In this document: positions 37,501-49,500 of the stretch, piece by piece
How the letters are laid out: each line of letters opens with the position of its first letter
How positions within the stretch are numbered: the stretch's first letter is position 1
Assembly (NCBI GenBank): GCA_050575255.1
Contig: JBNZDD010013718.1
Location: 8,621,677 to 8,685,676, forward strand
DNA from: Harriotta raleighana
Taxonomy: Eukaryota
Length of the DNA stretch: 64,000 bases
Direction of reading: 5' to 3'
Made by a program: the position numbers and the translations under genes
Notes under the pieces: generated by a model
What the model was told of the DNA's origin: nothing
Database searches by the model: none
Seen by the model: the letters and a program-made list of their open reading frames with translations, nothing else

Positions 37501-40500
37501 CCTTTTGACAAGGATACCATGTTTACATCTCAGCGTTCGCCCTCTCCAGAGAAGAGTGCAATTGAAGTACCGGAACTAAAGGATAAATTAACAGGGCAAA
37601 AGGAATTTGAGGCAGCAGAAAGTGAACAGAAATATATTTACTTTGAAGAAAAATCAAAAGCATTTTCCAGTGGTATTGACTACTCCTGGACCAGCGGGCA
37701 AGATAGCAGCATGTCTCCATTTGAATACAGTAGTGCCTTTGACAAACAACAGGATTTATATCCAGATATATCGGCCACCACTGAGCACAAAGTGACTTTA
37801 CCAGTTGTAACCTCTCCAGAAACAATAAAGCATTTAACGGAGGAGAAATCAGGAAAAGAGGAAAAACAGTTGGACCTGCAGACTGGTGATGCCACAAGCA
37901 AAGAGGAGCGGAAGGTGTCTTTGGAACAAGATAAGGAGATGCACTCTCTGTCAGGAGGGTATGGAGACTCTGATGTTTTAAGAGAAGATGAGGCCAAAGG
38001 TTTTTATCTAGATGAGAAAGATTATATTCTGACAAAACCCAAACCTGCTCCCATCAAACAAGCTGAAGACACAAACTACCATTCTGTGACCCACAAGGAA
38101 TCCAAGTTCACCACTTCTGGACTTTATATGGAAGAAGAATTCAGAACCAAGTTGAAAGATGACTTCTCATCCGAAGAGGAAGAAAGGGAGGCAACACCTT
38201 ATCCTGAGAATAAAAGCTTTTCCTACGCAGAGATAGATGAAAAAGTAACTGCCTTTGGGCTTGAACAGCTGGCTAGGTCACAGAAGGAAATAGAATCGAA
38301 AGGATTAGATTGCATGTCAAAGCAGAAAGAGCTGCCATTTGAAATGACATGGGAGACTGGCAAGATGGAAAAGAAGTCTACACCTGACATGTCACTATTT
38401 TCTACACAAATGCAAAACGAGCCATCAACAAGTGCTTTATCTGGAGAAAAAGAAGTGAGTCCAGCAAGTACTGCAGAATATGCAGATATTCCAGATTTAC
38501 CCAAAGCTCCCTCTCTAACACCAACAACCTCTCAGTTTAGTCCTTTGGGATATGATGCAAAAGAAGAGGATAAGAAGCTAAGTGATATGACTTTGAAAAC
38601 CTCCTTGGAAGGCAAACCTGAAGAAACCTCTCCTGAGAAAAAGCAAATGTCTCCTCAGACTGGTCTAGAACAAGCAGAATTCCATCCAACCACAGTACCA
38701 TACGCTGAAATGCCTCGCTTGGATGACATTTTTTCAACAGGTGCCAGCTACACAGAAATGGCACAGAAGGAAACCGATTCAAACATTTTGGGGTATTGTG
38801 AGAAGGAAGATGAAGAAAGTACCAGTGAATCAGAGCTAGAGAAAGGTGCTACTGAGAAATCGGAAAAAGAGTCTCCGTTCGACATTACACATCAAGAAAA
38901 AGGAATGAGTTATCCATATGCAGAAATGCCAGATGTGGACAGAAAATCTCTCCCCACCAGCGCTGCACAGCAGTCCACATCAGATAAACAATCCAAAGCA
39001 AGTGTCACAGGAAGTTGTTCCCAGAAGCAAGAGGGAAGCAAAGGGACTGAAGGAGTAACTCTTCCTAAGAAATCGGAGAAAGAGCAATTCCCCTCTTATC
39101 ATGAAGAAAAGGATGTTTTGTGCATGAGTGAGCATAAAGAAGCATTAGATGAAACCCAGAGCTTGTCCCACAGTCTCAAGTACACTGAAGTTGAGGATTC
39201 ATTGTGCTCAAGACATAAACAACAAGAGGAATCTCGGATGGAACGGCCCATCTCCGCTGAGTTTGAATATTCTGGTACAACAACTCAATTTGTGTCATAC
39301 CAATGTGCAGATTCTGATAAAACCAAACGTGATGACCAAAAAATAAGTGAAGACAGTGGAAAGAGTCCTGAAATGTGCACTCTTAGCAAAGAAAAAGAAT
39401 TAGTTATGCCTGACTTTAAGAGTATGTTGACATCTAAACCTGAGGAATGGGCAGCCGAGCCTGGATATTCAGTCACAGCCAAGCAAGAGAAGCCAGCCAT
39501 TGCTCAGTTTGAGTATTCCACCTTCACAGAAGAAGAAATGTTTTCAACTAGTGTTTCGAGTATAGTGTTCGCAGATCAAAGGGTCCAGGATGAATATATG
39601 GAAGTAGCGCAGAAAGTTATCATTGAGCCTTCTTGCATAGGATTTTCACCATTGAGTCCCTTTCAGGAAGTGTCACCGTTCCCACCTGAGACGACCACTG
39701 ACAGCAAAATTACAAGCTTATTAAAAGATGATATACCTGTGTCATCTTCACAGGAGACTTTGCATGGCCATCCTACACCTGTTCCTCAGACCCAAACTGA
39801 GTGCTCATACTCTACATCACTTGAGTCAGGCAAAGGCAGAAGTTTGGATGAAGTTTCTCCACTAGTCCCAGCAGCCATGGCCTCTTCTCATCTCACTGAG
39901 CCGGAGGAGCTGCCAGCAGCCTCCGCAGAGCACAGCTCAGCTTATCTATGTGACATTGAAGATTCCACATTGTCCTGCAGGGTGGAATGCCAAAGATCAG
40001 CCTCCTCTACCCCAGCAGATACCAAAACAGGAACAGAAACTGCTCCCTCAGAGCTGGGTCCATCACCTACTCCTACAGCTCCTCACACACTGACGTCATT
40101 CTCTCCTCCTGAACAAGAAGATGAAGCCACAGCAAATGGCCCAACAGAAATGAGCTTCAGCCCTCTACTGGTGCAAAGCCCACCGGAAAAAGAGGCAGAT
40201 GTTTATTCCTCTTCAGAGAAAAGCTCTCCAGACTCCGAGTATTCAAAATCTTATTTGGAAGAGGCAAGTGAGCAATTGGTCCGTCCTTCCTCTCTGGCAT
40301 CGAGTGATCAAACCTTCAAATCATTTTTCTCAGAATCTCACAAAGGCGATGACCATGGGGATGCTGCCCATGACCTGGAGGGATGCTTAGGAGCCACATC
40401 TGACTACAAGCTTATGTTTTCATCAAGTGAATACAAGCACAAAAAAGATGAGCTCTCTCCTTCTTTCATAAACCCAAGTCCCCATGAGCTATCGGATGAT

Positions 40501-41206
40501 GACAACTCCCAAGATGATGTTCCAACCTCTGTAGAGAAAATAAGCACGCCTCACACTAGCGGTAGTCAATCTCATCAAAATGTGGGTGGGGAAACTCCCC
40601 CCACGTCTGATAGTGACTCACTTCCATCTCATTCTGATTCAGATGTTCCCCCAGAAACTGAGGACTGCCCATCTATAACTGCAGACGCAGCTAATGACTC
40701 AGATGAAGATGCTGATTACCTTCCTGTGGACAAAACAACAGGGACGTCCCACCATGCGACTTCACGCCCTGGGTACGACCCACCTCCTGTCCCCATGATG
40801 GATCCTCACCCTCAGCCTCCACACCCTGACGTGTGCATGGTGGATCCAGAGGTGCTCGCAAATGAACAAAACATCAACAAACTGCTGAAGAAAGACATGA
40901 AGGAGAAGACCAAGGGCACCAGAAAAGCCTTGAACAAATCAAAGTCAGCTTCCCCTGGGCGAAAATCTGATGCCAAAAGTAAGCATCCAGCAACTCCTGC
41001 AAAAGCAGCATCAGCTCAAAAAGATTCAGAAAAATCTCCAAAAACATCCACAAAAAAGAAAGAGAAGGATTCAGCGGAGAAACCAATTAAAGCCTCCAAA
41101 ACTCCAGATGTCCATTCCTCCCGCATCGATGACAAGGACGACATCTCCAGATGCAGCCAACCCAGCATGGGAAAAGGCATGGTTAATGGCATCAAAAGTA
41201 ACGTAG
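31585..41206 (+). CDS. MAP1A: MAP1A giant exon (9622 bp): N-terminal conserved domain, KKE microtubule-binding repeats, acidic projection region and start of LC2; canonical short-isoform ATG at 31735
   Basis: Acceptor ttgatttag|ATT and donor GTAG|gtaaga (phase 1), with an uninterrupted ORF. MDGVSEFTEYLSESVEVPSPFDLLEPPTSGGFLKLSKPCCYIFPGGRGDSALFAVNGFN, WAGNSKAKTGI, YIQDETIPGYSETEQTISDEEIHDE and SITECDKLSSFATSVAEDQS are blocks I recognise from MAP1A rather than MAP1B or MAP1S. Confidence 0.97.
32820..33095 (+). repeat. MAP1A: KKE/KKD basic repeats (MAP1 heavy-chain microtubule-binding region)
   Basis: KKEEKK...KKDKEKKEIKREKKDVKKDDVKKDEKKEAKKDEKKKEKDVKKEIKK. Confidence 0.85.
35968..36750 (+). 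repeat. MAP1A: coding tandem repeat, about 18 units of 42 bp / 14 aa (consensus KPTEAQKMDKEVLE)
   Basis: Directly visible in protein and DNA (AAACCAACAGAGGCT...AAGATGGATAAAGAGGTTCTGGAA). More degenerate units flank it from about 35350 to 36870. Confidence 0.92.
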
Positions 41207-41259
41207 GTAAGAATTCTATGTCTCTGTACAACCTAAATTTTGTGTAAAGTGGTCGGATT

Positions 41260-41335
41260 TATTCTTCAGATGAAACGTTAAACTGACGTGCCTTTCCTCT
41301 TATTCAGGCATGCATGCGGTAAGAATCCCAATTAC
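41260..41335 (+). mobile_element. Deu-domain SINE core fragment
   Basis: TTCAGATGAAACGTTAAACTGA...TCAGG...GTAAGAATCCCA resembles the Deu core (TTCGGATGAGACGTTAAACCGA...CAGGTGGATGTAAAAGATCCCA). Confidence 0.55.
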
Positions 41336-41344
41336 CATTATCAT

Positions 41345-41700
41345 TAATTATTATCAATAATTCTTGCATTTGAAATAGCACCAAATATCTATCTCAAAGT
41401 ACTTCATGGATCTTTACTGTCAAGTATATAGTTGCTGTATATTTGTAGGTAAAGGTGGAGCACACCATGGTTGCTTGTGACCTACATGACCAGTTGATCT
41501 GGAGGATTGTTGACCAGAACATTTGGGAGGTCCTCCCTCTTGTTCCTGATGGGAATCTTTAACCTGGACAGACAAATGGAACCTTGGTTTGGTACTCTTT
41601 TGAAGGGCAGTACCTTCAGCAAAGCAGCGCACAAGCCCCAAAATGTTTTAAATAGTGATTACTTGCAGCATTGGGAGTTGTGCCTTGAATGGATTTATGT
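41345..41700 (-). mobile_element. degraded SINE (tail plus Deu-like core)
   Basis: TCTTGCATTTGAAATAGCACC tail and TGGGAATCTTTAAC...ACCTTGGTTT core in reverse orientation. Confidence 0.55.
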
Positions 41701-41910
41701 GAAGACTTATGAAGCATGATTTAATATGCAGATTGATTAATGGTCAGGATTGCTGCTGATCGCTTAGTTTCCATTTAAACAAATAATGGACTCCAGGGAT
41801 AATGTTGGGGAAAAAAGGATGATGTAGCCTTGAACAAAGTGTTTTCTAACTGTTTAGGATGTGGTTCCAAATGCAGCTAAACCTATAATGATGTTTTCCT
41901 TTATTGAAAG

Positions 41911-42143
41911 CTCACACCAATATAAAGACGAATTCCGGTCTACCTCCGGGTCCCCCAGTCTACGTGGACCTGGCGTACATTCCTAACCACTGCAGTGGAA
42001 AGAATGTAGACTTGGAATTTTTCAAGCGAGTTCGATCTTCCTATTACGTGGTGAGTGGGAATGACCCAGGAAGCGGGGAACCAAGTCGAACTGTGCTGGA
42101 CGCTCTCCTGGAAGGAAAGTCCCAATGGGGAAACAATTTGCAG
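41911..42143 (+). CDS. MAP1A: MAP1A penultimate exon (233 bp; LC2 conserved C-terminal domain)
   Basis: Bounded by ttattgaaag| and CAG|gtatgt. Encodes PPVYVDLAYIPNHCSGKNVDLEFFKRVRSSYYVVSGNDP..GEPSR.VLDALLEGKSQWGNNLQ. Confidence 0.96.
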
Positions 42144-42284
42144 GTATGTGAACAGTTCAGTTTATTTTCCACCCTTGTCAGTAAGGAAATTGGTTTCCTT
42201 GTTAGAGAGGGGAAAAATTTATCACGCAGGATGGTTAGAAAGTGGAATTCACTGCCAACATTTGTTGAGGAAATTAGATGCTTT

Positions 42285-42565
42285 CTCTGCTCAGCAGGCA
42301 GGGCCTGCTTCACGTCCCCTGGATCACGCGCCCCACCATTGGTAGGTAGACCTTAAGCCTTTGCCCCCATCCTCTGGAACGGCATCTCACAATCCCTCCG
42401 CCTTGCACCATCTCTTGCCTTCTTCAAGGGCCACTTCAAGGCCCTCCTCTTCAACCGTGGATTTGACCAATCTCCTTCCCCGCTGCCCTCCATCCTCCCA
42501 AATTCCAACCCCCAGCTCAGGTCTGAAACACTGATTGTCCAGCGCCAAGTGTAATTTTGTTGTTT
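42285..42565 (+). mobile_element. L2 LINE 3' fragment
   Basis: Similar to 60-390 (CTCTGGAAC...TTCAAGGGCCACTTCAAGGCCCTCCTCTTCAACCGTG...GTCCAGCGCC...TAATTTTGTTGTT). Confidence 0.8.
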
Positions 42566-42724
42566 GACCACATTAGGACACCACAATTGCTGCTGATGCA
42601 TCGTCAAACAATTCTAATGTTTTCTAATATTTTATTGACCTTAAAAGGGTAAATAACTAAAGTGGATCCACTGACATTCAAATTCACAGTCTGAACTCAG
42701 TTCAGCCAAATCCCTTTAATAATT

Positions 42725-43129
42725 CAGTAAAACGTCGTTTATCTGGCACCCACGGGACCTGGCCAGTGGCAGTTAAACAGTTTTCCGGTTGAATGGTTTT
42801 AAAAAAAAAATTGAACTTTTTTTTAACATACCTTATTAATAATAGACTAAATAATAACAGAATATTGTATTAGTACATTATTATACTTAATTTCGCAATG
42901 GCAGCCCTCACCTGACGGAGGTAAAAAAAAACGTGACTTTTTAAAGGAGGAGGAGCGAGTTTAGACTCGACTAGCGGCCAGCCGAAACACCTGCACCAAT
43001 ACTCGCATGCGACAATCAACTCATTAAATGGGTCATCACTATTCTGCCGGATAACTTCCAGTTTATTGAATCGGGCCTTTTTTTGAGGTTCCGGTGCAAC
43101 GGGTTTTCCGGTTCAACGGGGTTTTACTG
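42725..43129. mobile_element. Tigger/pogo-like MITE of about 405 bp
   Basis: Terminal inverted repeats CAGTAAAACGTCGTT...AACGGGGTTTTACTG, right flank TA, no coding capacity. Second copy at 19288-20209. Confidence 0.8.
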
Positions 43130-43131
43130 TA

Positions 43132-43275
43132 ATACTTACATTTGATGTAGAGCCTTAGCACATCTTCGAGATGCCTCCAAGCGCTTCACAGAATACACTG
43201 TGAAGTGAATGACAACATATTTTGTAGGTGACATGAGGCAGCTAATTGTGTACAGCGGTGTCCCACAAACAGTCT
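43132..43275 (-). mobile_element. tRNA-SINE family A, 3' half
   Basis: CATTTGATGTAG...AAGCGCTTCACAGAATACACTGTGAAGTGAA...GTCCCACAAACAGTC. Confidence 0.75.
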
Positions 43276-43436
43276 TGGATTGACCAAATCGTTTTATTAT
43301 TTTTCTGAAACAATTCAATCAGAAATTGAGCATGAAAATAAGCTGGTTTGACTGAATTTACATGGCATTAGAATTTGCCTTCCAGCCGTCACAAGAGCTG
43401 TATTGCTTAGCTAAGAATACTCGCCCATTTTTGCAG

Positions 43437-43592
43437 GTGACATTAATCCCAACCCACGACACTGAGGTGACACGGGAGTGGTATCAGCAGACGCACGAAC
43501 GGCAGCAAGAGCTGAACATCATGGTCCTGGCCAGCAGCAGCACAGTGGTGATGCAGGATGAGTCGTTCCCCGCGTGCAAGATTGAGTTCTGA
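43437..43592 (+). CDS. MAP1A: MAP1A last coding exon (156 bp to TGA)
   Basis: Acceptor tttttgcag|GTG. Encodes VTLIPTHDTEVTREWYQQTHERQQELNIMVLASSSTVVMQDESFPACKIEF*, the canonical MAP1 C-terminus. Confidence 0.97.
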   Translation: MTLIPTHDTEVTREWYQQTHERQQELNIMVLASSSTVVMQDESFPACKIEF

Positions 43593-46500
43593 ACTCCGCA
43601 GGGTCCAGGCCTCCTGACAAGTCTGAGGATCAAAAACAAAATGCTTTTGCCATTCCATTGTTAAACTAATTCATTTTTTTCTTAATTGAATTATAAAGCG
43701 CATTAAGGTTAGAGTTGCAGCTTACTGTTAAGAAGGGGGGGAGGGGGGGAAGACTCTCAATTGGCTCCGTGAACACAGGAAGACGTACCTGCTCTGAACA
43801 ATGGTCGTTGTTTTATGAATTGTCCCACTTAGAATGTGTTTGTTTGCTTTTCTGCCTATTGAGGTTTGGAAGTAGGAATTAGTTAGAACTATCGCATTTT
43901 GTTGATTCCATACTTTCAGCATCACCTCAAGGTTTTACAGCTAAATTTGTGAAGTGAGAGTTGGACTTGGCATTGGAGTAGTGTGTGCATTCGGAAGACA
44001 ACATTCCTTGTGACTCCAAACATGATGGAGTCCAGTATCCTCCTGAAGTTGCATAGTACAGTGGACTGAGCCAATGGTTTAATAGACAATTACTCTTATT
44101 AAAGAATAGTTGTCTACTTATAAGAGTCACTCATCACATAATGTAATTTCTAATGCCAGCAACTCTGCAGAACCCAGCAACCTCAAATTTTTCAGAGCAG
44201 ATAAAAGCTCCAGAAAACAGTACAGTTGAAGAGGGGCAAATTGAACAAACTTCTACCAACTCTGTACAGTAGCTAAGTACATGGCACACAACTGAACAAA
44301 CATTAGGAAAGTGAGCTGTGTCACCAGCATTTGTCATTGAGGCCAAAACAATGGGACTTAAGAAATGGCTTGATGCTATAATGGAAAGACTGTAGAGTTG
44401 ATATTCTGGAAGGATGAAATTGAATGGGCCAAAGGTCCTTCTTAGTCTGAACCTCATTTGATTTTGTAAGAGGTCTTATTTTAGTGAGGAACAAATATGA
44501 ACTTTTGTGGGCTATATGGGTGCAGAAGTTAAATTTAAAGTGAATTATTTTTAATTCAAGGCTACATGATTTGTGCATTATTGGTAGGAAGGTGTCCCAG
44601 TGAGCTTTGGAAATGTCTATGAATACACCATTTTCTGGCACTGTCAATTCCCAACTCAGCCTTTTTTGCGGGGGGGAGAGGGAAGGAAAATATATTTTTT
44701 CCCAAAGTTCTTCCAAGTAAGTTGCTGCATGTGTTCAAGATGATCCATATGAAAAATCTGCTGTCTGTCAGGCAGGCACTTGGCAAGTGAGTGGATGCTT
44801 TAAATGTTCAACACAGGTTATACTGCAAACTGTGAACAAGATGTAAGATTAAAACGGAATTCATTGTATTTAAAGAGACAGTATCCATTTTGTGCATGTC
44901 AACTTAGAATGCACAACAAGAGGAAAAAAAGAAACACATAATAATTTCATTTCTCATATATGAAAAGAACATTTTAGGAAAAAAGAAATGTTCACTTTTA
45001 AATTTTATTTATAATATTAATATTGCTTAATTTGTTTGAAACACTGAATTGTATAAAGACATTGAAATGAAAAGCTGTGATAAAGGGAATAATTGTTAAA
45101 CATAGCCTACAAAGGCAAATAACAAAGGGGCTCTGTCTCTTTAAGAAGGCAATATTTAGTTCAAATGGTACATCTACCTTGTAACCACATAAATTAGACA
45201 TATACTTGGTACATAGCACACTACTTACTGTATGTGCTTTTGTATTGCAGTGGTTCCCTTTTGGTACTGATTTGGAGGTGAACCATTCACAATGAATACT
45301 TATGTATTTGTGTACTAATGTACTATGCACTAAAACAGAAGATTCTATTGTATCTTAGACTGACTGTTGTGTGTCGTGGTGAGGAGAGGTCATTGTAATG
45401 GAAACATTATAATGTGTAAATCTGTTAGACACCCAAATAACTAAGTTGTGAGTCAGGTTTTACAGTGGTTTCTGACAGTAAAATGGAACAAAAAAAATCC
45501 ACTTCCTAATGCTCACAATATTTTCTTTCTGAACTTATTTCTACATCAGGGTAGAGAAACAGATTGACAATGCGTAATGTATAACATTTGCACATTGTGC
45601 AGTTTCACCACAGCAATGATTACCCCTTTGAGTGATCGCAAAAAAGTGTTTTAATTGGATATTGCCTTTTTAACAAACCAAAGGAAGCTGTGAGTAACCT
45701 ATTAAACTTAAATATATCAAGTGTGGTTGCCTTAGACATTAGGATGAATGTAGATATTCAATGCACTACTGCCGCAGGTCTGCAGAGCTGGGACTGGCTG
45801 GGATTTGTGTTGCCTATTTACTGCATCTCTCATGGGCGCATCTCATGCACTTTTGAAATTTTTCATAGTTTTAAGGCTGGGAGAGGTTAGCCTGATGGGG
45901 ATGAGGAACAAAAGCCAGCAGCATCTTTTGAAATTTGTATTGATGGTAAAAATGGAACATGATTTTAATGCATGGTTGTCAGCACCCAGGAGTAGTACAG
46001 AATGGGAGCGGCTGGCCAGAACATTGCTTCCTATTCTTTCCTATTCCATTCCATTAAACATCAATTAAAAAAGATCCTTTCAGTAGGGCATCCAGGCAGC
46101 TCCCTTGTACTGAACAAACTATTTCCCCCCACCCCCGCCCCCAAAAGATATTAACACTTTGCATAATAACATAATTCCACCACCAACTTTCAGGCTTTAC
46201 AGTTACTGCACCATAATATAACCCAGAGCTGAATTTTCAAACACACATTGTGAAGTCAAATGGTATGTTATTGCACTGCAGAACGGATTCACTACCAAGT
46301 ACAGTACATCTGTTGTCAGAGTTAATGTGGGAACACTTAATAAGTGGTGCTTCCCTGGAAAGATTCTATAGCGACGTCACTTGTAAAAAGAAATTGTGCA
46401 CAGTTTCAAATGCACACTCACCAGTCTGAGAGGGGGCAGAATGGTTCAAGCACATTGGGGAATCACATCCAACAAGAATTCAAGCACAGATGGATTTCAT

Positions 46501-49500
46501 GATGCAGACTTAGCAATAGAAGGACTCAGAAAAGCCAAACTAGGCATTATGAAGCGAGAGTCGAATGGGGACTGTGCGATCAAAACGTGATGAGAGGCAG
46601 TCGTCATAACAGTGTCAGTCATGTGTAGTATCCCCATCCACATGTGGTTTTATATTGAGTATAGAAGAGGGGTGTAGAATATGAGTCACTTACCTGTGTG
46701 CATATGAAGCTGGTCAGCTTATGTATGCATGTATGTGTATATTTAAACTTTGTGCATTTAGTTAGCTTGAAGGATGGTAATGGACTGAGCTAAGAGTCCT
46801 TTCCCAAAGCATGTAGATTTGCATGTGGGGTGGGGAGGGGAATCATTAATGAATACAGTATATAATGTCTGTAGTTTTCTTATGCTCTGATAATGACCGG
46901 TGTTGGTTAATGGTATGTGATATTGGATTGATCTAAAATTGATCCTTTTCTGGATAGTGAAGGTTCTGGTGGTGTTGGATGGTAGTAAGTGAGCCATTTC
47001 CAATGGCTACCATATGAGAGGGAGAGAAGTGATAGCTGTTCTATAATAGGATACTATTTTGTGTGTAGAGCAGTGCTTGTTGTTAGGTAACTTGTACAGG
47101 TAAGAGAAGTGTGTACGTTGTGCTGTGGCATGAAAGATCAAGAAAGAAATAGGATTGTGAACTTAATGCTGATGCTTCAATTGACAAGACAGACTTCATC
47201 TGAAAGCTCATGTCGTTGAATTAGGGGTAAGAAATGTGGGCAATAATGAGGTCCAGGGTCAATATGGAATAAAAGCAGCCTTTAAAGGGGACTCAAACTA
47301 ATAGCTCAACAAAGGAAACAAGTTTAGCAGCTCAGATTCCCTGTTGTGTCTTGCACTACAGTCCCTGCATATCTATCGAAAGCAAAATTAATACAACAAC
47401 TTGCATTTATATAGTGCCCCTCACACAGGATAGCATCCCAATAAGTTGCCAAAATCTAGCTAGGTTTGTAATGTTTAAGCTAACGCATCTAACCCATCGT
47501 CCCAAGGCACGTAGGCCTGTAGTGATATTGGAGCGGGAGAGATGACATTAGAAACAGATATTGAAAAAAAGGGAATATTAAGTGTTTTTAGACTACTAAA
47601 ATGAAGTATTTGTTTATGTTGTACTTAGTGTAGTACTCTCCACAAAATGATTACACCAGAACGTTCTGCATTATATTCCTCTTCAATGTCAGTTATTTTG
47701 AGGACCATATTCTTTGTATCAAAATTACTCTATTTATCATTACACTGTTAAGTAAAGCAGAATATTTATGCAGCTATTAATTAAGAGGAACCATAATTGT
47801 GTAATGCCAGGTAAATAAGGGCTTTGGATCATTGGAAGGTTTAATTTATAAGTTTAAAAAAAATAGATTAACAATGTTTTATATAGAGTTTATAGTTCAT
47901 ATTCATTTAATTTATAAGCACAACTTTAACCAGTATTAAAGGCTGCAAATTGTGTGTTTACAAATAGAAAGGATCATTTGCACTTGCTGTTTTTAGATGC
48001 TGCATTTATGCCAGGCCACTGGTGATGGATTTCTTTTGAGATCTTTCCCCAGCATTAATTTCTTGCTGTCAGAGAACCTTAGTGTTGTTTAAACTAGGCC
48101 AAACTACATCCGGTTTCTTACAAGATCTTAAGGAATTAGTTTCCTTCACCAGAACTCTTTCTGTCCCTTATTTCTCCCCTTTGCCAACAACAGTAGACAG
48201 GCTGTTAACATATTTATTATTAACGAACCCCTATTTCAATTGACTGATTTTCTCCACACTGTCCTGCACTGTGAGTCCATGACCCAAGTTTGTCTATATC
48301 AAGTACTGCTACTTCCCTATGCAAGATCATCTTATTTGTGTGCTCCTCTGGTATCCATATTCACAGTATTGTAATGTTGTTCCTCACCTTCATGACTGAT
48401 GAGTCTAAAATTCCAAGTTCCAGCTTTTGACCTCGCTTTTGAGGCGGAAACTAAATATGACTAAACACTCTTCAAACCCATGAGAGTCCATTTTACTGCA
48501 CTAGTCACCTGAATGCAGAAAAAAGGGTTGAGGTTTTGAGTGTTGAATTAATTCAAGAAATGCTGATCCATCCAAACTGTGAAACAAACCCAATGGTGAA
48601 AAAGTATCAAATGCCTAGTTATACCAATTTTCTTTGAGAAACCAGAAATCTTAATTTCTTATCCTAATTGGGCACATGTAAATACTGATTTTGATTGCTT
48701 TCTACTTGTTGGTTCAAGTTCACCAGTTAAATTGATACCCAATATGTCAATAGATTTATTTCAAATGATATCTGCCCCCATTGCGTTTAATACTCTTGAG
48801 CAGCTGGCCAACAGACAAGAAAGGCTGCCTGATCTGAATGATTTAGATGATTGCTACAATTTGCATAGAAAATGGGCAAAGATGGCTGGATTACTGCTCA
48901 TAAGTGTTACCTGGTGATCTTTTCTCTCCTCTTATTATTGTGTTTGTGTAGAGATCTAGAGCGAGTATATGATTAGCACTGTCAAGGCTCACCCATGTTC
49001 AATGCAAGTTCAATGTCAGTATTCAGGGGAGGAGAGAAAGGGGTAAAATTTTCTTTTCCTAAATGATGACCTCAATCACAGTGCATAGAATCCTTTCAAA
49101 CCTTTTTAACAATACATTATTGGATTTGTGGAAGTTTTCTGAGCAGCTGGCCAACAGACAAGGAAGAAGGGTTGAGGTTTGTTCAGGTCAGTATTTAGGT
49201 AAAGGAAACTTAAGGCTCTATTAATTGGAATAAAAGTTAGTGAACCCTTAGAGGGTTCATGAGCAATGGTCTTGGGGATCTGTTGATTTTGTGCCTACAA
49301 CACAGCAGGAGCTTTCCAACAAGTAGGGGAGATTGGAGTGGGTTCAATACGCTGCTAGGACCTTTGTAATCCTTAAATTAATCAATCGCTTGCGAGTCTA
49401 CACAGCAATAAAGATCTTAAAACTGACGAGCATTGGTAGGAAATTGGCGAATGGGTTTGAGAGATTTTGCAATGTGGATATCCTGGTGTCATCTCACATG

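Noticed and set aside
32091-41231. Many antisense ORFs inside the giant exon, including one of 312 aa at 32460-33398
   Set aside because: Shadow ORFs caused by the E/K-rich codon bias of the sense frame (F/S/L-rich translations).
41207-41247. C-terminal GKNSMSLYNLNFV of the 3170-aa ORF
   Set aside because: Read-through into the intron past the GTAAGA donor; the conserved protein continues in the exon at 41911.
42144-42356. C-terminal extension of ORF 41904-42356
   Set aside because: Intronic read-through into CR1/L2 fragments after the donor at 42144.
45978-45998. RE1-like TCAGCACCCAGGAGTAG
   Set aside because: The right half-site matches poorly.
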